DNA of 64,000 bases, from positions 10,919,166 to 10,983,165 of the forward strand of contig CM082578.2 in the NCBI GenBank assembly GCA_040954595.2, read 5' to 3'. This stretch comes from Balanoglossus misakiensis. Lineage: Eukaryota; Animalia; Hemichordata. The position numbers and the translations under genes were made by a program. This document shows positions 55,735-64,000 of this stretch, piece by piece. The notes beneath the pieces were generated by a model. That model searched no databases. It was not told the DNA's origin and worked only from the letters and a program-made list of their open reading frames with translations. The number at the start of each line of letters is the position of its first letter. Positions within the stretch are counted from its first letter, which is position 1.

Positions 55735-55980
55735 TCAGTGGATGCCGTAGTCGCCCAGGGGGAAGCACAGTCCCTTCGATGATCCCGGTGGGGCGAAGCA
55801 AGTGAATCCGCCGGCGCACGGACATGACGTCATCAGCGCCTTGCTGTGGTGTCCGTGATGACCCATCCGGCACTTCTCGCCGAACGTCGGCCGTTTTCGA
55901 CATACTGACATTCCAAAATGTTTTGCGCAGCATTCGTTTTCTCCACATTGGGAATCGCCGTTACAGCTTTGTCCAGTTGG
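55735..55980 (-). CDS. Prokineticin-like precursor B, exon 2 (10-Cys domain)
   Basis: Acceptor ttttgcttacag|CCA at 55980. Translation: PTGQSCNGDSQCGENECCAKHFGMSVCRKRPTFGEKCRMGHHGHHSKALMTSCPCAGGFTCFAPPGSSKGLCFPLGDYGIH-TGA. Ten Cys in the prokineticin/astakine/Dickkopf-Cys2 spacing (Cx5Cx4CC...GExC...CPC..G..C). Confidence 0.88.
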   Translation of the reverse strand, partial: PTGQSCNGDSQCGENECCAKHFGMSVCRKRPTFGEKCRMGHHGHHSKALMTSCPCAGGFTCFAPPGSSKGLCFPLGDYGIH

Positions 55981-58900
55981 CTGTAAGCAAAATGAAAAAA
56001 ACAACAACCGGTGAATATTTTTTAAAGATTAAAGTTAAAAACAATGAATTACATACATATATACAGACATATTTATTTATTTATTTGGCAATGGACAGAT
56101 TCACACAAGCGCGCGACCGTTGCTTCCCTTGAAGAGCCAGGCTGAGTGGTCTTCATTATAGGATAATCCCGTAGTTTTCCATTCGAAAAGTTCAGGAGCT
56201 CATCGCGAGGATTTGGGCGACACGGATATTACTAATCGTTGGGGAGCCAGCATTAAATAGACCGAGAGCCCGTCAGCAGAGATTCTGAATCTGACGTCAT
56301 TCGCACCAAGGATTTTGACATGTTCTCAACACAAATTCAAAGCTGGAGATTTGTTCTCCTTTTAATTGCGGCCCCCGATTTATGCACGTGTGACGTCCAA
56401 AACACGTAAGATTCATAAATTGTGCCTGGAGACATCGATCACCTGTCCGCCATTTTAATTTTGCCACTATCGCGCCAAACATCCTGCAGCCCAGTCAGCG
56501 TATAGGGAGTTTTTAATGAAATGCGGTAAACGGGCTATCTTTTTTCTTCTTTTCTTTTTTCGAATCGCGTTCCGGTGAAAACGTAAAAGGGTTTGTGGGA
56601 TTCGGAAGAAACAGAAAGCTATCAATTATTGGAAATGCAGCGGAGGGCTTTCCCAGGGAATTGTCGTTTGCATGTCAAGAAAGTAGCACGACTCAGAAAA
56701 TGTCAAATTCAGTCACACGTCGCCAAGGTGGGCAGCTGTTACAGAACCACTACAATAGCAATTATGTGACCCCCCTAGTAAACACCCTTTCTACTTCTTT
56801 AGAGATAAATGTCACAGCTATTCCGTCACCAATTGGTACTGTCGTCATCACCAGTTGAAATATAATCACGCGAATAGAACATTTGTTTTCAGAGGGGCGG
56901 GGCTTTTAGCCTCGGAGGGAATTTTTCTTGTGCTGGTTGCGAGGTGTGGCAGTAGTCACAAAATCGGTTATCGGATTTACTTCCCTACGGAAAGATTCGT
57001 TTTTATTTGCACAAATTGATTTCGGAATATTCCTATGCTTACTAATGCATATCACTAAAGGCCTTTGCGTTCATAGCAGCTGAAGCACGAAGCTCACCAC
57101 GCAAAAAGAAAACAATTTCTTTTTGCGCGTGGGATTGGTATCGGCTCTCTGGAAGAAAATTTACACGCGCGCGGCGTTATGATGGGAGTCGACACGGCGG
57201 GGCGATATGATGAACTTTGGTTGACAAGAACGTCGGTGGAGAAAATTCAGGAAAATAAAACGAAAATCAACAAGTTTAGTTCAGTTTCGTCGGAGAAATT
57301 GATGAGACGTTCTCGCAGAACCCGATTTCGACGCATGCCATGTCATTTCGACAGCAGTGCCAATCAAACTGCGTCGCTTGGGGGCGGTGTGCCCCAGCAC
57401 GGACACTTTACATGTAGTTAGAATATGTGTTGTGGCACTGTAAGGTACGACAGATGGAATGTCAGCCATTCGACAAAAGATTGATAACGTGGGCATAATC
57501 ATTTTTTCGCGTGCGTCATCTACTTTCTTACCCATAATTTAATATCCTAAGTAGGAGAAAATGCCTGGCTGTTTAGTTTCTTCGTGAAAACACTTAATTC
57601 TGTCAGATTCAAACTCCACGGGGATGTATTCGTATTAGCGGCCGCTTTAAGGAGATTTGACCCTTTTCTTGTCGACAGCGGTAGACAGAATTTCCAGGAA
57701 AATATTCCTCGAATTACTTTTGTTTCCCGTTTTCTCTGAATTCCCTTCAAGTTGGTAACCCCCTTTAAAATACCTCCTGACTAAAAACCATCGCGTGTGG
57801 TCTGCCGGGTGCCTTCAGAGATTCAGGTCATGCTTCCTTGTTAAAAACCCACATCGGGCGTTTTACCGGCCATTTTTCGATAGTGTGTGTTTGCCAAATC
57901 TCGAAACATCGCTTTGACGATCGGTCAATCTTCTTAGTTGTCAAGTAATAGCGAATGAAATGAAACAATGGGGAATATCTGTACTAACGGTCTCCCAAGA
58001 GCTTCCCACGCATCGTGTAAAAATGTAAAAATGACTTTTTTGTCGATTACTGCGTACCAGCTGAAACTGCTGTTTTATATCGCTGCATGTTATATAAAAT
58101 CAGTCCTTGCAGTGCTTTGACACATCTTTGACAACAAACGATTGAAAAGATTTAACGTTTGTAACGTTTGCCTACTCTTTCAGTATAATGTTGGGCGCGA
58201 TCGTTCATTATCAACAAATGAATTTAAGTCCGGATTATAATCTAATAACAGTCCGATTGTACACATGTATAGAATGTATATCGAGACAGCACTGATCTTT
58301 TGACTATGATTTAGGCAGCCGACGGTGAAACTGCAGTTGATAACCCGATGAACACTGTGTTTGTCGCATCAGGAACCATGGACGGGTACCTGGACTTCAC
58401 ACGTTGTCTGTCTGCGGTTTTAACTGCATGTTTCCGTTTGAAATCAATCCATGAAACTTTTGTCCGGAGATGACATTGCGCGGCTTCGGTGGCGGAGGCG
58501 AAAATGACATTAGCAGAGTCCGGTGACTTTTTCATTGTACCTGTCTTTTCGTGTCTTGGCTTTAATAGCGCAAGGTGCGAGATTTGTGTCAAGGATGCTC
58601 ACTGTGGCGTGTGTGATTCTCTTTTGTCGAGTCAAACTTGAATCCAAATTAAACGCCGCGTTCACCGCATATACGACTCTACATGTCGCCTGCGGAAGGC
58701 AGAAGCTTACTCTTCCGGGTATGTGCATGTCATCAATAGCGTTGTGTGCAAGCGATGATTTGTGGAGTTTTTTTTAAAGTGAAAAAGGGCGGTTATCGCG
58801 GGTTATTTGCGGGAAACTTCACAATCTGGTTCGTGGTACATCGCTATGAATATTGTTTTGAAAAAGAGTCGATTGGCCGAGGATTGAGTGTGTCAAAAAT

Positions 58901-60737
58901 CTGACAGTTTATTAGAAATGAAACCCGAGGAGGAATAATGGCATTTAACGGCGGTGGTGGGGGTATGTTTGAGAGATATACGGCCGACCAACGGAAAGCG
59001 GTGTTGTATCCTATTAACGGTTGGCATTCTTGGGTAAACATGCTGACAACCCCGGTCTCATCCAATTCTTAGCGATAAACAACAGCAAAGCCCGATCTGT
59101 TGTCTGTGTTTTTTCTATGGTATTTTTTCGCCCCGTTAGAACCAGGGCCGCAGATATTGAAGGCGACAAACGCGTTATCATGACGTAACGCTTGTTGTGC
59201 TACCGCAGTTTTTATACACACATACAAATAGGAGCTCGTTCATAGTGCCAATAGAGATAAAAGACATTGACGTATTCCGTCAAAATTTACCCTCCATTTT
59301 TGATAAGACAGGTTTTGGCGGACAGTCGCACGGTCGCCGTGACCGCTGGCAGAGCGCGACGGCGTGCGCGATAGAATGAATTATAGCCGCATAAAGTTGT
59401 TTCTTGGCAGATGTAAACACATGTACAGCAACAGAAAAAAACAAACCATTGTTAATCAGCTGATTTACAGCACGAAATTAAATTTCGCCGACCCTGCACT
59501 TTTCAAGGGTAACGGGAGGTGGCTGACTCCAACTGCACAGCGTTCATTTTACGAACACGTGCTTTCCATCTACAATTTACAAAGTTGTTTTCGACCCCGA
59601 GTAAAGAGTTTTGGGTCACGCACAGCTCGTTCGCAATGCCCCTACTAATCACACGCAGGGGAGCCAACTCGAGAAAATTATTTTAAGAAGACAATAAAAG
59701 AGGGTGGGTAGGGCAATGACAATTTTAGCACGGAGCATGAGTGCATGTAAACACCTAATTTTTGATCTATATTTGCAGTGAGAATTTTAACGACCGCCAA
59801 TTTAAGACATTTATACCTGGTATTAAAATTGATGTCTTCCTAGGCTACCAGAATACACGCCGTCATCGAAACTGGGTCGAAAAATAACGGCTTCCGCACG
59901 ACCCCCCTTGCGGCTATCCGACGGACGACGGTGTGATGTAACCGTGCACCGTTGATGACACGCGCGGCCTGGGAAATCAATTGTTATCGAATGACCACGT
60001 ATAATAGTACCCCCAAAAACACAGCACGTATGTACTGCTCGCGTTTTTCATATCCTGTCACCGAACTAACGTGAACCTGCCCGCGGAAGGAAGGCAGGGC
60101 CGGTGCGGCTGCGCTCGGATGATGCGTGTGATTTATCGCGTGTCGCGGGGGGTTGATGGGAAAATAATTACTGATCCGTGGGGGAGCGAAAATGTCTCTC
60201 CCTGCGATTGAGCAAGAGCGGCCGGGTTGATTGATGGAACGGCCGCGGCGGAACATGCATTTCGGTGACCGCAAATATAATTCATTACATCTTTAGTGTC
60301 ACTTACGGACCGCGGTGGTGTCAACACGGATCCCAGTGAACGCACTCTCCGTGGGTCCAATAAAAGAAGGAGCGGGAGAGAGCGCTCCCTTATATACCAC
60401 AGTAATTGCACGGTTCAAATATTTGTGTCGAATTACACATTGCAAAGATCGCATTCTGACAGGGAAAAAAAAAACTCGCGAGGTTTCTTGACAAGAAAGA
60501 TACTTGGATGGTATCACAAGAGACATCACTCTTACATATTTTGAAAACATAAATACATGGCATTTTTTCCGCGTCATTAATTTTCTCGCTTAGTGCTCTC
60601 GATTTCAGTACTTGACAGATCCAGAAACAGAAGTAGATTCTCCGTATCTGTTCCCGGATGAGCAATGCAACCCGCCCGTGGCCGGTTTTGGTTTACAATC
60701 GATCTTATCTGATTTTGAAATTCTTTATCTCTTGCCC

Positions 60738-60797
60738 TATCATGTCATATCATATCATATTATATTATATTATATCATATCGTATCGTATCGTATCT
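60738..60797 (+). repeat. Degenerate pentanucleotide tandem repeat (TATCA/TATTA/TATCG)
   Basis: tatcatgtcatatcatatcatattatattatattatatcatatcgtatcgtatcgtatc seen directly. Confidence 0.8.
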
Positions 60798-61832
60798 TTA
60801 CGTATCGTAGCATGATCTCCCCTCTCTCAATTCCATTTCATTTATACTAGTTTATTCTTTTCCCTGTGTCCTTACTTGCCAGGGGCAAAAATCACCTTAG
60901 CCTATTAAAGTGACGTTGGGATTTATTGCTGACGTTGTATGCAAAATTAATAAAACACACTATTGGTCCCAAAGGGGCATTGCGCTAACTCCCGAAGTTA
61001 TGTGACAAATAAGCTCGTCGCTGTATCAGCGGCGAGTGTCACTGTTTCGATTAAGTTTGACATAAATTCATCGAGCTGTGGGGATTGTTCTGCGTTGCTC
61101 ATTTGGCGAAGATAATCTTTTCTTCTTCTTCTTCGGTTGTGAAGACAAGCTTTCGATGAAGACGAGTGGCGAGCACTCCGTCGGATCTGGCCGAGACGCC
61201 GTCTTCCGATCGAGATTACGCACTCAATCATCGAAGCTTCTCCGGCCCTCGAGGACAGACGCGCTTTTCAGTTCACGAATCCACTTGTTGAATCGTGAGG
61301 GGGGGGGGGGGAAATGCCGCTCGGGTTTGTTTTGAAAATAAAAATACCGCACAAGGCTACGAACACAGGCGCACCTTGAAAAGCTCTATTTTCTCTCTGA
61401 CAGTAAATTCCATTCCCGTCCTTTCATAATTTTGTCTTAGAAAGTTACGCATGACTGAACCCGGCGCACGTTTTTATTTGTTTTACGCTTTTTAGAAAAA
61501 AAAAAGTTTGTACCAATAAAATAGAAACAAAACTATGTAATTAGCAGGCGTTTGCCAATTCATTATTGACGTTAACGACCCTCGGTTATTTTTTCCGACT
61601 TTGGTCTTTATCCTAACGAATTCGATCGCCGTGAAGGTTGGCGGTTCACCCGTATTGATCCGTAAACTCACGGCCGCCGAAGCTGGAACAAGTTTGGGTC
61701 AGATCAGTCACGGGCATGGTTGAGTGAGAATATATTTCTCGTATTAGTGCATCTGCGCAGAGCGAATGTAAAATAATGGTAAAATATTGTAGAAGTAGGA
61801 GAGAGAGAGAGAGAGAGTAAAAAAATACTTAC

Positions 61833-61952
61833 TATTCTGGGCATTCGTCGCTGTCTCTGTATCGCTATGGACATTGCATCGCACGTGTAAATTACTACCA
61901 GAAGAATCGTGATAACACGAAGAGATGTGCGACAACACGAAAGTAACTCCAT
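61833..61952 (-). CDS. Prokineticin-like precursor B, exon 1 (signal peptide, RQRR site, MPRI)
   Basis: MELLSCCRTSLRVITILLVVIYTCDA-MSIAIQ-RQRR-MPRI, then donor ATA|GTAAGT (phase 0), compatible with the phase-0 acceptor at 55980. Same layout as exon 1 of gene A; total 121 aa. Confidence 0.78.
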
Positions 61953-63899
61953 TTAGTATGTCTATGTCTGTCCTAAAGTAAATTCTGCAGGTGACCACTT
62001 GTTGCGAACACACACAAAAATATGAGACAAAATGTCAGACGTGATCGACTCCTCAGTGCCAAGTTGGTTTGATGCGCCGGGACGCTGAGTTCCAATGTAC
62101 AGGTTCTTGTTAAGAAAAATAAAGTCTTGACGATCGCGTATGGTTGATGCGATGATCGGATAAATTCGACCGGTGGTGCTTCCTCTATCTCGGCTTTCGA
62201 TAGTGTGACTGTGTCCGATGCTTTGCAACTGTATTTAAAATTTAATAATCAGGCCGAGTGATAAGCGCACGAGCCGAAGGCGCCATCCCAGACACTTCGG
62301 GAATGCTTGGGCGATTCCATTCTCCGCATACCTCAGAGGTGAGTCAAGGGGACCACTTTTCCAGGATTGCCCGCTTCCGAGTGTCTCTTCCGTCGCAAAA
62401 GAGCGTCCGTAACCGCGACATGGGACCTCCATCACCGCGCACTTCCGACAGCGAACGCATTGGAGCTGTGCGTGTGTGTGAGAACCAGCGGAGGGCTCGC
62501 CACATGCGTGCTAGTCAAATATTCCGCCGGGGAGACTGAGATTGACAAGGTTCTTCAAAGTTGATGCGGCTATTAATGTCCACTTTGAAGGGTGTCAATT
62601 GTTGTGAGGTATGTCTATTAAACGTCCCCAAAACAAGTTGAGGAATTCCGACCCCCTTGTCAACTAAAAAAACCCGCATAGAATAGAGCCGAATTTGTTT
62701 GCATCGACCGGGCCCAGTGTTCATACGTCTAACTGACAGTTTTCTTTTCACGCGGTGCGCACAGACCCAACATTTTTTTTATGGGAATACTTTAAAAAGC
62801 GATATGACTGGAGTGTTTAGAGTCCTATTTGTTAATGTCACCCCCTAATGAGATTCCAGCCCAACAATGGTGCTTCCGCATTCTTGGCGAGTTTCCACAC
62901 AGCGGGGATGAGTTGGCGGAGCCCCACAGTATAGTGAAGCGGGTCATACGTCAGCGAGCAGGGGAGCACGTGGCCGTGTGAAAACGTTCGCACGGTGTCA
63001 ACTATAAACAAGAAAAAACACTTTTCAGCGTCGAAGCCTCGGGTTTGGACGATTCGCGAAGACACCCGAAAAACCACTGATTGCCGTGTGGTCGAATATC
63101 AACTTAATTAAAATTTCACTAACAAAACAGAAAGTTTTAAAAACTTAAAATTTTACCCCCCTCCCCCCTCCCCCCCCCGCCTTTAATTTATTCTGTACTA
63201 TTTTCACTTCTGCAACATTGAATAAGATGTATTTGCAGATTTAAAAAAAAATTACGCTTGAACTCCCCAAGGTCAAGCATTTGTGCGGATCGTGGTGTCA
63301 TCCTACAGAACCCTTGAAAACACGTGACTACATCATGAGATCATTTTTATCCCATTATATCAATGACGTTTGAAAAATACGACAAAAAAGTCATGAGTAT
63401 AGCGTATGGATGCACTTCAAACCGACGGCAATTGTAAACAATATATTCCGGATTACAGTGAAGTTGCCTCCAATTTATCTACATGTATAGTTTACTAGTA
63501 CACCATTTTGGAATTGAAATGCACGAGTTTGAAAGGAGACAGGATATTAGTGTGAATTTGTGTGGGTAATCTAAAGATCACGACATAAGATTGGAATACA
63601 GGTATGACTGGCGCCTCATTCGTTCTCGTGTGAAAATCATCTACTTTGAAATCCGTCCGCACATCCCCCGCGCCACAAGGCAAACGACAACAAAAACAAA
63701 CTGTGTAATTTTGATATTTTCCCACACTATTTCTAAGGATATTGATCAGTCTTTTACTATACAAGGAGGTCGCTCCGAGATGCTCTTGTTTATCCGGAGA
63801 GGGAAATGGTTGAGTCTGCTTAGCGACACTCCCATGCAATTGTCGTGGTTGAATTCTTGTTGGTTTTTCGACTTCGTCATGCTGCCCGTCTGACACGCG

Positions 63900-63919
63900 C
63901 CGGAAGTGCGCTATAAATA
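63900..63919 (+). promoter_or_regulatory. Possible core promoter (ETS motif plus TATA box) for a transcript continuing beyond the right edge
   Basis: CCGGAAGTG followed closely by TATAAATA in CpG-rich context; no downstream gene is visible to confirm it. Confidence 0.3.
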
Positions 63920-64000
63920 TTGGTGTGGGGGACACCGGCCACCGAATAAGAGATCACTAGCACACGATAGGTACCGCCGGTCGCCGCACCACCCGTCGGT

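Noticed and set aside
55735-61952. Dickkopf gene call for the Cys-rich exons
   Set aside because: Each gene has a single 10-Cys domain directly after a short prepro region, with no Dkk Cys1 domain; the loop residues of gene A match prokineticins.

Overview
Intron-containing animal genomic DNA, most consistent with an invertebrate deuterostome such as a hemichordate or echinoderm (inferred from gene content, not determined). Six protein-coding genes can be assembled by hand from GT-AG splice sites. (1) The first two coding exons of a CELSR/Flamingo protocadherin on the minus strand; the rest lies beyond the left edge, after an intron of more than 16.8 kb. (2) A head-to-head, intronless MCH-receptor-like rhodopsin GPCR on the plus strand. 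(3) A 17-exon, predicted secreted protein with 14 EGF-like repeats. (4) A 6-exon UCP-like mitochondrial carrier. (5, 6) Two tandem two-exon prokineticin-like (10-Cys, colipase-fold) precursor genes; the mature-domain exon of one is missing from the ORF track. Both lack the AVITGA N-terminus and instead have an RxRR furin site that would expose new N-termini (FPKFVT-C and MPRIPTGQS-C). This ligand pair, linked to CELSR and an MCHR-like receptor, is the most interesting system in the window.
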